Assembly: GCA_018985225.1 (NCBI GenBank)
Contig: JADGIF010000009.1
Coordinates: 15,438 to 47,437, forward strand
Direction of reading: 5' to 3'
Length of the DNA: 32,000 nucleotides
DNA from: Amoeboradix gromovi X-113
Taxonomy: Eukaryota; Fungi; Sanchytriomycota
The translations under genes were made by a program, and so were the position numbers. Every line of letters starts with the position of its first letter. Position 1 is the stretch's first letter. The notes under the pieces were generated by a model, which saw only the letters and a program-made list of their open reading frames with translations, ran no database searches and was not told the DNA's origin. Below are positions 9,406 to 19,897 of the stretch, piece after piece.

Positions 9406-9671
9406 ATATCTATTAGTTTTTGTACTTCTACATCTATTGGCATGTGGGATGTTCTTAATAAATATGTTCCTTAATGTAACATTAAGGTTAACCAATCTTC
9501 CACTATAATAGCTTAAACCAAAAAACTTCTTCCTAATGATAAATCATTTGATCATCATTAGATGTCCTAATTTACATGAAAATCTGTAATTCCCGCAAAA
9601 AATCTGACAAAGAGTCGCCCCTTGCGGTGGTTGCTCATGTCCTTACTACCGTAAAGCGGGGTTGAGTATGG

Positions 9672-10679
9672 ATGTATATAAGTACATGCTTCTCAATGCC
9701 ACATCTTTTAATCTCCTTCCAAACCTTTTATGTTTGGGCATACGGAAAGTCCTCAGACATAACACTGCCTTATCGTTCTATAATTTCTTTTACTTTGTTG
9801 CATGAAACTCTAGATAATGACTTGACTTCTTTTAAGGAAGAAATGGAAACTCAAGCTATTTTTAATGTCTTGCCGGTTTCTAGGAACAACTCTTCTGATG
9901 ATGGAAGACATCTCATAGCCCTTGAGGAATGTCCGTTATTCATTTACTATTGATTTCTATAGTATGACACATTGAAGAGGAGACAATTTGGAGCTATTGG
10001 TAAATAAGGGAAGGGAAGAATTTCCAGCTTTTATGGTCCCAGAAAAGTCTAGAATCTGAACGCATTCGAAAGATGTAGCTGTTCAGCGATGATTTTTGAA
10101 ATCATTGTGTTGTTTCGTGGTAACTCTGAAACCACAGTTTTAGTCAAGCCAAGAATGAGTTCGGATAAAATTCTTTTGGTCGACTCTAAATCCATTCTAG
10201 CAGCAAGCTGTTTGATCCACAACTCTATCCCACTAATCCAGATCAAAGTGATAAAAATTTTATTTCACTCGGAAATTGAATATCTTGACCATTTACAAAA
10301 GCAGTCGATAAAACTAGCATATCTGAACTTAGATCATTTGGTGATGACCCATAAGATAATACGGGATAGCTTGGCGGATTTGGTTCATGGAACTGATATT
10401 TTTGAAGTCGTCAACCTTTTGTCTTCTCTTATTCCCAAAATATTGAAGCAATCCACAGAAGTAATCAAGTCGTGCCAAGTTAATATATTGCAGTATGACA
10501 ATATTCAAGTGAAAACTCTGGTTTGTTACATCTGGAACAGAATCACGGAATATCCAAAACTACTAAACGAGTTGCTAGTTTTAAGCAGCGATTTCAATTC
10601 TTCGGAGATATCTGCCATTGAGCTCTGCAGTATGAAATTCCGATGGATGATCATCGACTTGCATGTACTTTGTCAATAA
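9672..10679 (+). CDS. Divergent DH (RhoGEF)-like domain protein, exon structure unresolved
   Basis: In 10089-10679, VIKILFHSEIEYLDHL and RITEYPKLLNELL resemble DH-domain conserved regions. The join to upstream ORF 9672-9953 could not be resolved. Confidence 0.4.
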
Positions 10680-10974
10680 TAAATAGGTATATACTCTACA
10701 AAAAAGAGAAAATATTTAAAGCAAATATGCCAGGTAAATGAACCAAAATAGATAGTTCCATTATTTTATGATCATAAAAACTCCTCTTATTTCGCTTTAA
10801 ACTTCGAAATATGTAAAACCCAATGTTTTTCCACAGGTGTATGCACTTGGGACACACTCTGTGAAAATAAGACTAGGGTACATCATAAGTTGGCCAATTA
10901 TGTTTAATTTTGACTCTATTTATTGCTAGTTTGACTTTGTTATTACAAATATCATTCAATATGAGACTTAAAAC

Positions 10975-11621
10975 TCAATTCGTATTTATGCAAACCTTAA
11001 AAATACTCATTGCTAAAGGCGACCATTTGAGACCTCTCGCTCCTTTGATATTGGTATCATGTAGTGAAGGACGAAGTTGCCAGCTTGGTTTTTTAAACTC
11101 TGTCGTAAAGCTAATAAATACATCTCTGATATTCAAGCCTGCGTTTTCATCGTTGGCGATCGCTGTGGAGCATGTTGCGCATGTCCTAAGTATTTCGCTT
11201 TTTATTGACATCTTACTTGCATTTATAGCATTTCTTCAATGTGCGCTCTTCAGGAATAGTGAGTATCTCTCAATCTCGAAAACTGATGCAAGAGTAGTAT
11301 ATTGGGTACAGGATTGTTTTCGTGTACATGCGCATTGCTTCCATCTCCACATACGATAGATCGCCTTAGTGGCCGCTTGCGATTTTTTAGTTGCGTCTCT
11401 TCTGACCTGTAACCAGTTCATTGTACATCATATACACGATGTTCTTTTTGAGTCCCAAACTTCCGAGGCGCCATCGCTTCAGTGGTTTCTGGCAATAAAA
11501 CCAGATAAGCTTTCGTGTGTGGTGCTATGGCGTTGAGGTACTCGACACTCGCGATGTCATGTTTATTTCTCATTGATTCAATCTCCTTTTAGTTCTGGTT
11601 AGTGAACATCGGATCCATGTA
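10975..11621 (-). pseudogene. Fanzor1-type nuclease pseudogene, relic 2, 3' part
   Basis: Across frameshifts, in order: EYLNAI, FYCQKPLKRWRL (11500-11465), IVCGDGS (11357-11337)...NPVPNILLLHQFSR, IPEERTLKKCYKC (~11257-11219), LRTCATC...NDENAGLNIRDVF...KKPSW. Confidence 0.8.
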
Positions 11622-12122
11622 CTCGTTAAAAGTCCTGATTTCCGAGAAAATCGAGAATTTCCACAAAGAAACTAGCAATGCTAGATGCTCCGTTACAGTG
11701 ATTGCTAACGCTTTCACTACCCTGAGGCGAGATTGAATAAGGATGCAGATACTTGATGTGTATGTTCCTTGTTGCCATATAATCTCTGTTGTTGCACACG
11801 TGATAAGAACAACACATACGAATTATTAAATAAATAGTTTGCAGGCTTTTTTATCCCTGATCTCTTTCTAGACATTGAAAGACGTCTAAATTTTCCATGT
11901 TTGGACCAGTTCCTCAACGTTGATGTATGTATATTACAACTATTAGTTGTTTCTTTAGATTTGACATATTCAGGATTACAACTATTGATTACATTTACCA
12001 TTTGCGAAAAGGAAGAAAATCGAGTATTTGAGCTACTAGAAAAATCTGGAAAAGTCTTGAAATTATACAAAAATGCATACAAATTCGCGATAAATTATTT
12101 ATTTTATAAAATTCAATAGCCG
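11622..12122 (-). mobile_element. Non-autonomous IS607/Fanzor2-type element, copy C, nested in Fanzor1 relic 2
   Basis: Family left end is clear to 12103 and degenerate to ~12122. It keeps a longer TnpA N-terminus (YVKSKETTNSCNIHTSTLRNWSKHGKF...LSRVQ) fused to RDYMATRNIHIKY. The right end is TTTTAACGAG, lacking the final GAG. Confidence 0.88.
11785..12001 (-). pseudogene. tnpA: IS607-family TnpA (serine recombinase) N-terminal HTH fragment
   Basis: YVKSKE.....IHTSTLRNWSKHGK matches the MerR-like HTH at the N-terminus of IS607 TnpA. FLSRVQ resembles the YARVS catalytic motif, where the fragment is truncated. Confidence 0.72.
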
Positions 12123-12480
12123 AAAACTAAATATTCTCTATACTGTAAATTAGTCTTTTTACAGGATCTAAAACAGCACAATCGATATCACGTAGTTAAG
12201 TCAATCCGTCATTTTCAAATCTAGCTATCTCAAGAAGGGTTTACGGATGTCAGAAGTCGCGTTTTCGAGGCATGCTTTATTGGGCTCTTGTGCGTTGGCC
12301 ACTTTATTTGGGATACACTCTGAGACAAAGTAGATGTCTTTATTATTCTTTTTCTTTCGCCTGACTCTTCTATATTTGCACTCGGCTTGATTGCGATACT
12401 TTACAGGGCACTAACACCCATCAGTCGAAATCAGAGTGACATATACACTGGAACATTTCAGTGTGTATAGAAAGTATCTC
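12123..12480 (-). pseudogene. Fanzor1-type nuclease pseudogene, relic 2, 5' part (upstream limit uncertain)
   Basis: LISTDG(VSA) at ~12434-12408 (1-nt frameshift), a Lys-rich linker RRVRRKKKNNKD, then AVLDPVKRLIYSI (RuvC-I-like, DP at 12168-12163). Confidence 0.7.
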
Positions 12481-13165
12481 AGTATACATCCAATATCGAA
12501 TGTTACCAATCTCTCTAAATCGCGGACATGGAAAGTATCTCAATGAAATAGATTATTTGGAAGTTATATGTAGACACTAATTGAACAAGATTTAACGACT
12601 CTCCGCCTTTTCGGATTTCAGTTGTTGTACAGTGTCTAAAAGGCTCCTTTTCTGTTTTTATTCCAGCGTTGTTTCTCTTTACCAATTTCAAATACATCGG
12701 AGTAAAATAAAAAAGGGTATACATTTATCTAATATGCTTAAGACGCACTGTAAAAAGTTTGTTATGAAATTGTTCTGTTGCTATTTTAGAGTTGAACTTT
12801 ATAAACTGATTTTGAAATTGCAGGTCGTTTTATTTTTACATTTACACATTCAAGTCTAATGATAAATCAAATTTATATTTAAAATTACTTACAAGTCACC
12901 TTGTAATTTTTTATATTAAAAACAGGATGGCGAGAAGCTAGAATAGAAGCATACTTGGCATGTGCAAATGATGAAGATGGGTTTAACAATAGAGTGCGGT
13001 TATTTGAAAGATAGTTTCTGGTTATAAAAGAAAGTTGAAGATTTAAAAGCTACAAATGAAAAACTAAGTTTAGACGTCTTGGATGGCATCGAAATGGAAT
13101 TGTTGTACCATTCTTCATTAAAAGTTGTTGATGAATACTTGCTTGACATGTTTATTTATTTTCAT

Positions 13166-15013
13166 TCAAGGTAGTTTGTAATCAGCATTCAGCACTTGTT
13201 TTAATAATGATCCAATTGCGAATCCATTTATAATTCCCATAAATAAAGCGATTCCAGTAAGATCATCTTGACCCATACAAATAATATTTCCTGAATCACC
13301 ATGGACATTCTGTAGGCGTTTATCGCTGTACTTGAAGCATATTTCAGTTGTAATGTTATTATTGAGCCAATTGCAGATGTAAACATTGGAATGAAAAATC
13401 AATGGATGATGGGACTTGTAGCCTAATACTCCATAGTCACACTCTTTTATTAGACCTGCAGCAGCTGCATTTATACTGCTAGTCTCTCCTAAAAGGGTAT
13501 TTGTACATGATACTGTATCCGGTACTTTGATGTATGCAACATCTTTCCATTTTAAATGGCCTTGTATCATTTCAATCTCATGTACATAATTTGCAATAGT
13601 GTTAAAGGACTGCATATGATACATTGGACTGGGTGCAGTTTGCGGATGTTTGTAATGCCTATTGATCACTTTGTTTTCCAATGGCTGACCATGCGTAATG
13701 GTCACCTTGACTCCTTGCTCTGAACCCAAAGTATTTGTTAGAGCATGTCCAGCAGTAACAATCCATTTAGAGTTGTTGAATTCAACAATCATACCTACAC
13801 TAGCAATGTTAATGCTTGAATCAGTTTTGATTTCAATTTGACATCCCGGATGAATATCTACATGATGTGTAGAATTAAAGGGTGTACACCCCGAATGGTG
13901 TCTTTTTAATTTGACAAATGCATCTGAAATGATACATATTTTGTAGTAATAAAGATGCAATTCCGCAAGAAGAGAGATATCTTTTAAAGCAACACAAATA
14001 ACGGGTCTACTATTTACTATCACTGGAATGATATAGGATAGTTGATGGTTTTTAAATGTTTTTAATAAATCAGATGTCAGGAAACGTTGGATTTCTAAAT
14101 CAGCTTCATGCAAACTTTGTCGATGCTCGGCTGGACAAAAGTCTAATAAATCGGAATAACTTTGGAATCTATCCATATGACTTGTACGAATCGGTCTTAA
14201 ACATTCGTGTGCAATTTGTGTATATTCATCGTTGTAATACTCTAACAATTTTACCAAATGGTTGGATGTTGGAGAATCGCCCGTGTTATAGACACGAATC
14301 CATTGAATAGGACTATTTAAACTAGACTTTTTGTAAAAATAATCCACAATGAACAAATCAGTGTACAAGTCATGCTCCATTTTGAATAATCCATGATGAA
14401 AAGAAAGATTGCTCAATAAAATATCAGCATTTTGAATATTTGAATTTGTAGAAATGAAGGTTAATATGTTTTGTTTTAATTGGGTCGGATTTGGGTGTAG
14501 CAATCGGATGCATTCAGAATTTGGATTCGGTAGAATTATTGTGAATTTAGAATTGAATTTTTTGGTTTGCCACTCTGTTCCATAAAATGACAGTGATGGA
14601 GATATGATAGATACAGAGTCGGCAGAACTTTCAGATTTCATAAATTCGGATTTCAAGTCTTGGAAATTGAAAAAAGAACAATGATAAGATTTATTTGCCT
14701 TCATTCTTTCAGACACAATTTCCAATATTGTAACAGCATCATCTGATGGGTAGTTGCCTAATTCCATGATTACCGGTTTGACAAAAATGTTAGATTTCAT
14801 AGTTAGGGGTAACAACGAAAGAAAAAAGAGATCAGATTTAGATTGTGTATAATGCGATATATTCCAGAAGAATACCGTGACTCTTTCAATAAATTTATGA
14901 CATCTAGCTTGGTTCTCGTGTGAGATTGTGGCCAGGTATGTGGCGCGTCTAGCATGTGAAATATCTAAAGCTCGATTGTTTTCTTGATTAAATAATTTAT
15001 CGCGAATTTGCAT
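13166..15013 (-). CDS. Protein with C-terminal trypsin-like serine protease domain
   Basis: WIVTAGHAL (His), DVAYIKV (Asp), HGDSGNII (Ser) in the correct order within a 615-aa ORF. The start codon is uncertain because it lies inside copy D. Confidence 0.72.
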   Translation of the reverse strand: MQIRDKLFNQENNRALDISHARRATYLATISHENQARCHKFIERVTVFFWNISHYTQSKSDLFFLSLLPLTMKSNIFVKPVIMELGNYPSDDAVTILEIVSERMKANKSYHCSFFNFQDLKSEFMKSESSADSVSIISPSLSFYGTEWQTKKFNSKFTIILPNPNSECIRLLHPNPTQLKQNILTFISTNSNIQNADILLSNLSFHHGLFKMEHDLYTDLFIVDYFYKKSSLNSPIQWIRVYNTGDSPTSNHLVKLLEYYNDEYTQIAHECLRPIRTSHMDRFQSYSDLLDFCPAEHRQSLHEADLEIQRFLTSDLLKTFKNHQLSYIIPVIVNSRPVICVALKDISLLAELHLYYYKICIISDAFVKLKRHHSGCTPFNSTHHVDIHPGCQIEIKTDSSINIASVGMIVEFNNSKWIVTAGHALTNTLGSEQGVKVTITHGQPLENKVINRHYKHPQTAPSPMYHMQSFNTIANYVHEIEMIQGHLKWKDVAYIKVPDTVSCTNTLLGETSSINAAAAGLIKECDYGVLGYKSHHPLIFHSNVYICNWLNNNITTEICFKYSDKRLQNVHGDSGNIICMGQDDLTGIALFMGIINGFAIGSLLKQVLNADYKLP

Positions 15014-15288
15014 GCATTTTTGTATTATTTCAAGACTTTTCCAGATTTTTCTAATAGCTCAAATACTCGATATTCTTCCTTTTCGCAAATGATATATGGA
15101 AACAAAGTATCACTTGAAGATAGATAGAGACCGTATGGCTGCAAGGAACATATACAAGTATATGCATCCTTATTTAATCCCGCCTCAGGGTAGTGAAAGC
15201 ATGAGCAATCACTGTAATGGAGAAACTAGCATTAGTTTCTCTGTGGAAATTCTCGATTTTCTCGGAAATCAGGACTTTTAACGAGGAG
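14969..15288 (+). mobile_element. Non-autonomous IS607/Fanzor2-type element, copy D (320 bp)
   Basis: Left end AGCTCGATTGTTTTCTTGATTAAATAATTTATCGCG joins almost directly to HLKIDRDRMAARNIYKY, followed by the full right end AGGACTTTTAACGAGGAG. Confidence 0.9.
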
Positions 15289-15816
15289 AAAAACTCATAC
15301 CAAATTTTAAATGTCTCATGGAGTTTTCAAGGAAAGGTAAAGTTTTAGACTCTTCAATCAGAATTGGTGCGATTGCTTCCACAATTTCTAAAGATCGCAT
15401 TACAGAAGATACAAAAGATATCTTGAGTCACCTCTTTTATAATCTTTTGTTCTTTAATAGTATATTCGTTTTTTCGTATGTTTGTAATAATTTTAGTGGT
15501 TTATTCACTTTTTCTAGATTACCAGTCATAAATTTGTAAACCCTTTCTTGAATGACAATATCTGAAATACCAATAGACATACTTAACTTTGTTTAACAAG
15601 TAATATTATATTTACTAAATGGATTACTTTTGCTGAATGTGCTGGTGTTAGCCATGATTTTATAGTTGGTGAAATGATATAATAAAATTTGCAGTAAAGA
15701 CGCGATACCATCTTATGAGTTTTTGGGTATCTAACACTTCATGTCTCATTTTCTTTTCATGTCTTTTACCCCACAGATCCACTTTTGTCCTACATGTCAA
15801 TTATTTTTATAAACAA

Positions 15817-16961
15817 ATGGAGAGCGATCCACTCATGCTAGGACCACCAGTGACATTTTTAAACTCAGTTCCAATTGCGTTTAAACAAACTAAGATCAAC
15901 TATCTTGTTGTACTAATTCCTTTCGCCATCCTTAGTGGTATTCTTGGGTGGGGAAGTGTCTCGGTCTTTTGGCTCAATTTTTTTGCGATTATTCCATTAG
16001 CTAGTTTACTAGGATTTGCAACCGAAGAATTGTCGAAGACTGTTGGTACAACTATCGGTGGCTTGTTAAATGCTACTTTTGGCAATACCGTCGAATTGCT
16101 AGTCAGCATATTTGCGTTGCGTAGCGGAATGATCACAGTCGTTCAGAATTCATTGTTGGGTAGCATTCTAAGCAATCTGTTACTCGTTCTTGGATTTTCT
16201 TTTCTCTGCGGAGGTGTGAAAAATGGCGACCAAAAGTTTAATCAACAGGCTGCTCAAACAAGCGCCTCTCTGCTAGGTTTGACTGTGCTTGCGTTAATAA
16301 TTCCTGCAGCATTAATGTCTAATTCTTCAGTCTTAGATCTGTATTCAACTCACAGTAACATTCTTTCTTTGAGTAGAGGCGTCGCCATTATTTTACTTGT
16401 TATGTATGGTTTATATCTCTTGTTTCAATTAAAAACACACAGATACATGTACGAGGGTGATGAGATGGAAGAGTCACCGATAGTAACCCGTGGCTTCTCA
16501 ATATTCTTGCTGGTTACCACTACTTTAATTGTTGCTGTATGCTCTGATTATCTTGTAGATTCAATCGAAGGTATTTCTGAACAATGGAATTTGCCACAAG
16601 CTTTTGTGTCTTTGATATTACTGCCAATCGTGGGAAATGCCGCTGAACATTACTCTGCCGTTACTTTTGCATTGCATAACCACATGGACTTAACTTTGGG
16701 AATAGCTATAGGATCCAGTATGCAAATATCTTTATTTGCTATGCCATTATTAACAATTTTAGGATGGGTCATAAATCAGCCAATGACGCTATGCTTTGAT
16801 ACTTTCGAGACTGTAATGTTTTAATGTTAATTTAGGCTGTTATATTCACGAGTGTATTGATAGTCAACTATTTGATAAGTGACGGACAAAGCAATTGGCT
16901 AGAGGGCGCGATGTTGCTGGCATCTTACAGCATCATATCATTATCGTTCTTTTTTCAATAA
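15817..16961 (+). CDS. VCX1: Vacuolar Ca2+/H+ antiporter (CAX/Vcx1), with a 23-nt intron at 16813-16835
   Basis: GGLLNATFGNTVE, GSILSNLLLVLG, LPIVGNAAEH, IGSSMQI. Removing GTAATGTTTTAATGTTAATTTAG gives FET|AVIFTSVLIVNYLISDGQSNWLEGAMLL and a stop at 16959-16961. ATG 15817 is preferred over 15715. Confidence 0.95.
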
Positions 16962-17025
16962 ATGCAATTATGACTAAAGGTAGGACATAAATTCAACTTC
17001 TGAAATTCCAGCACAAGTGGCTTAA

Positions 17026-17556
17026 ATGTTGTTACATTTTGTAATTTTGTTTGTAAATTCACAAGTCACTGCTGCGGATGAAAGCAGTCCTTTAAAGAAC
17101 AGATTAAAAGTTGTCATTCCAGGACGCGACGCTTTTTATGATGCTGAACTTCTCTCTCTTCATGACGAAACTGAGATAATCATGTCTTCGTATTTTGACA
17201 CTACACAAATAGAAGATATTCAAACAACAACTAAAGCCCCGACAGCTACAAAAGCAGTGCCGAAACCTGTAAAAGCTAAACCATCTACTTTTTTTCAAGG
17301 TGATACTATTATATACGCTATACTTATAGTGTTTGCCATGTTGTTTACATTAGTTCTAGGTATACTATACCTTCGAGCGAAACAAAAAAAGAGTAAATTA
17401 AGAAGGGAGCTGTTTGCAGATGAATACAAGGAAAAAGAAGAAGAGAATGCGGGTAAGGATGCTAATATTGGCGGCGACTCAATTGCAAACAGAGAGTACA
17501 GTCCAGAGTCACCAGTTATTGGAACTGAAAATGAAAGATTTGACAACGATAAATAA
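17026..17556 (+). CDS. Single-pass membrane protein with signal peptide, unknown function
   Basis: Hydrophobic N-terminus, Thr/Pro linker, TM segment IIYAILIVFAMLFTLVLGILYL followed by basic residues. Confidence 0.7.
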   Translation: MLLHFVILFVNSQVTAADESSPLKNRLKVVIPGRDAFYDAELLSLHDETEIIMSSYFDTTQIEDIQTTTKAPTATKAVPKPVKAKPSTFFQGDTIIYAILIVFAMLFTLVLGILYLRAKQKKSKLRRELFADEYKEKEEENAGKDANIGGDSIANREYSPESPVIGTENERFDNDK

Positions 17557-17563
17557 ATTACAG

Positions 17564-19441
17564 TTACAAAAGATTTATTGGGTCTTTTTCCTTCCAAAAT
17601 ACAGAAGGGTCAACATAACGAGATTCTAATGAAATTTTCATTGCTTTTGATGAGTTATTCCTGTAAACGCTATCATAATACGGAATAACACCTGGTATTC
17701 CATTCTTCATCATGTAGTTGATTCTTCCGTTGTAGCCTATTACCATCAGAGTTGTTGAAACATCGAACTTATCAAATCCATGATAGTACGGCACCATTGT
17801 TGATATGGCATCTGATGTCCACCCAAGAATGTTCCAAATAAAATGCTGAGAGTGTACAGGATTCTTGAAATCCAGGTGGCGTCGGAGTCTATTAGTCAGC
17901 TCTATAGTAAGAAACGCTTGCGGTACTCCAACTGTTAATGCCTTCAAAGCAAACCATTTTTGTAATTCATTGACCCTAAGAGGGTCTAATATTGTTAATG
18001 GGGTCCTTGCTAGATGCAGCACACATGAATAAGCCCACAGGTACCATATTCCAAATGTAAGACTAGGCGTAGACTCTATAGCTGCATTCCTTGATTCATT
18101 CCCCCTCTTGTACGACACTGGATACACACACAATGCGATGATGTAAGAATCAAGTGTGTATATAGCAGAATAAACTGCGCTAGGTATTGTTTTACTCAAC
18201 AAAAGATTCAATTGCTGTAAAATAGCGCTATATATCCTAGGAAACCAGTCTAGTCTGGTAATTATATTGTATTCCTTCATTGGAGTTGCCTCGCCCGATT
18301 CATTATCAAATAACCACATTTGTGACAGCTCAAAACCAGTGCCTACTTTTAGAACGCTGCTTATGTCGCTCTCAGTAAATGGCTCTTCACCCATATGATA
18401 CATATAAGTATAAGTAGCTTCTGTCGACACAATTAAAGTAAACAAAGACAAGAGTGAGAAATTGGAAACGATGCCATGCGTCTTCATGAACTGATTAATT
18501 TCCGATATATGAAGTTCGGCGCTAATTAAATGATACATATCGTCAATATATTCTGGAATTATAACACTTGTGTGTTCTACAACTGACGATAAAACCTCCT
18601 TACCCATTTTATGCAAGCTACCCAGAAAGGTAGATGGGTTGTGAACATCCGGAGGACTGTTTGGTAGCCTAGCAATTGTTATGTTTTTAGATATGTCGGC
18701 ATATTTTTGATACAGCCCAGTAAAGTTAAAGCGACTTAGATGAGGAGAGATAACATCTCGAATTAATTGTATTCTACCGTCACTGTTTGCAGAAAGGGTG
18801 CTGTTATCGTTATCGGTTTTAGGTATACCATAAGATTGTTCAGAGGCACTGGTCGCCGATAGATACTTGGATAGCTGCATATGCATAAGCGGTATTGATT
18901 CTTGTATGACAGGTACTGTTAGCTTAAAGTATTGATGATAGAATTGCATTGTTCTAGATATTGCACCAAAATGCATAGATTTCGCAATGTGTTGAAGAAA
19001 TGAGATAAAGGTATGGCCAATGAGACCAAGCAATCGCAGTGCTTCATTTAATATAATGCTAAATAAATTAAATCTCTTTTTTAAATGATTGTCAATATCT
19101 AAACTGCTATATCGCGCAGTTAAGTGGTCATTATTGAGATGTTTAATTACAGGTTGGTGCAGGTGTATGGTAAAGGAAGACTTATCATTGTGCATTGCAA
19201 CTATATCACGAATAGTGTCTGGGACAAAGCAAGCAAATGCTCTGTCAGCCTGAGGAATTATTTGCTCGATTAACTCAATTCTACCTGTATACAAATCTAC
19301 CGCTGGCCTAGCTTCAAAAAATAAAGTCGAGGAGCATGGTATACTAACATAAACGCAAGTGTGGAATCCAATCTTAAGAACATCTATTAAGAGCATTGAT
19401 TCCCCGCGATGATCACCAAAAGTGAAATATCCCATATTCAT
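17564..19441 (-). CDS. Hypothetical protein, 625 aa, hydrophobic C-terminal third
   Basis: Long ORF in AT-rich DNA with no recognised motif. Confidence 0.65.
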   Translation of the reverse strand: MNMGYFTFGDHRGESMLLIDVLKIGFHTCVYVSIPCSSTLFFEARPAVDLYTGRIELIEQIIPQADRAFACFVPDTIRDIVAMHNDKSSFTIHLHQPVIKHLNNDHLTARYSSLDIDNHLKKRFNLFSIILNEALRLLGLIGHTFISFLQHIAKSMHFGAISRTMQFYHQYFKLTVPVIQESIPLMHMQLSKYLSATSASEQSYGIPKTDNDNSTLSANSDGRIQLIRDVISPHLSRFNFTGLYQKYADISKNITIARLPNSPPDVHNPSTFLGSLHKMGKEVLSSVVEHTSVIIPEYIDDMYHLISAELHISEINQFMKTHGIVSNFSLLSLFTLIVSTEATYTYMYHMGEEPFTESDISSVLKVGTGFELSQMWLFDNESGEATPMKEYNIITRLDWFPRIYSAILQQLNLLLSKTIPSAVYSAIYTLDSYIIALCVYPVSYKRGNESRNAAIESTPSLTFGIWYLWAYSCVLHLARTPLTILDPLRVNELQKWFALKALTVGVPQAFLTIELTNRLRRHLDFKNPVHSQHFIWNILGWTSDAISTMVPYYHGFDKFDVSTTLMVIGYNGRINYMMKNGIPGVIPYYDSVYRNNSSKAMKISLESRYVDPSVFWKEKDPINLL

Positions 19442-19617
19442 GTGATGTCCAAATCGCCAATCATTTGAACGACTCTTTGATCACAAGAATTAAAATTGCA
19501 CTACCTGGAATTCAAAAAATTAAAAGCAGATACAAGATAGAAATCGAACGAGCAACATTAGGTAAAATATTATTGCAAGGATTGCACTTAACGCCAGTTA
19601 ATAGGCAAAGAAAAACT

Positions 19618-19782
19618 AGTGGTCATATCATATCAAGATACACGTACTTCAGACAGGCATCCTTAGTAAGTCCTGTCTCAGGGTAGTGAAAGTGTAAGAA
19701 ATCACTGTAGCGAGGATACTGGCTTTTTCCGTATCTTTGCGAAGATTCTTGATTATAGCAAGTATGGTATTTTAAAGAGAAG
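19618..19782 (+). mobile_element. Diverged right-end relic (copy F) of the IS607/Fanzor2-type element
   Basis: GCATCCTTAGTAAGTCCTGTCTCAGGGTAGTGAAAGTGTAAGAAATCACTGTAGCG...TTTTAAAGAGAAG aligns with the family sequence GCATCCTTATTCAATCCCGCCTCAGGGTAGTGAAAGCGTGAGCAATCACTGTAACG...TTTTAACGAGGAG. Confidence 0.75.
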
Positions 19783-19897
19783 CAGTTTCTTCGGGATATC
19801 TATCATTTAACTCAACTAAGACTTGTTTTGGCACTAGAGGCTTCTCAGCGACTATCATTGGAATGAGCCTGTGGTCTAAAATTACTTCACTCCATAT

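Noticed and set aside
11236-11421. 61-aa ORF as the Fanzor1 reading frame
   Set aside because: The recognisable motifs (IVCGDGS, EERTLKKCYKC) lie in the other two minus-strand frames.
10847-12328. 18/21 direct match between TTGGGACACACTCTGTGAAAA (10847) and TTGGGATACACTCTGAGACAA (12308)
   Set aside because: Short and imperfect, and compatible with chance in a 32-kb AT-rich window.
12441-12468. Imperfect hairpin ATATACACTG...CAGTGTGTAT
   Set aside because: Single occurrence inside the Fanzor1 relic with no supporting context.
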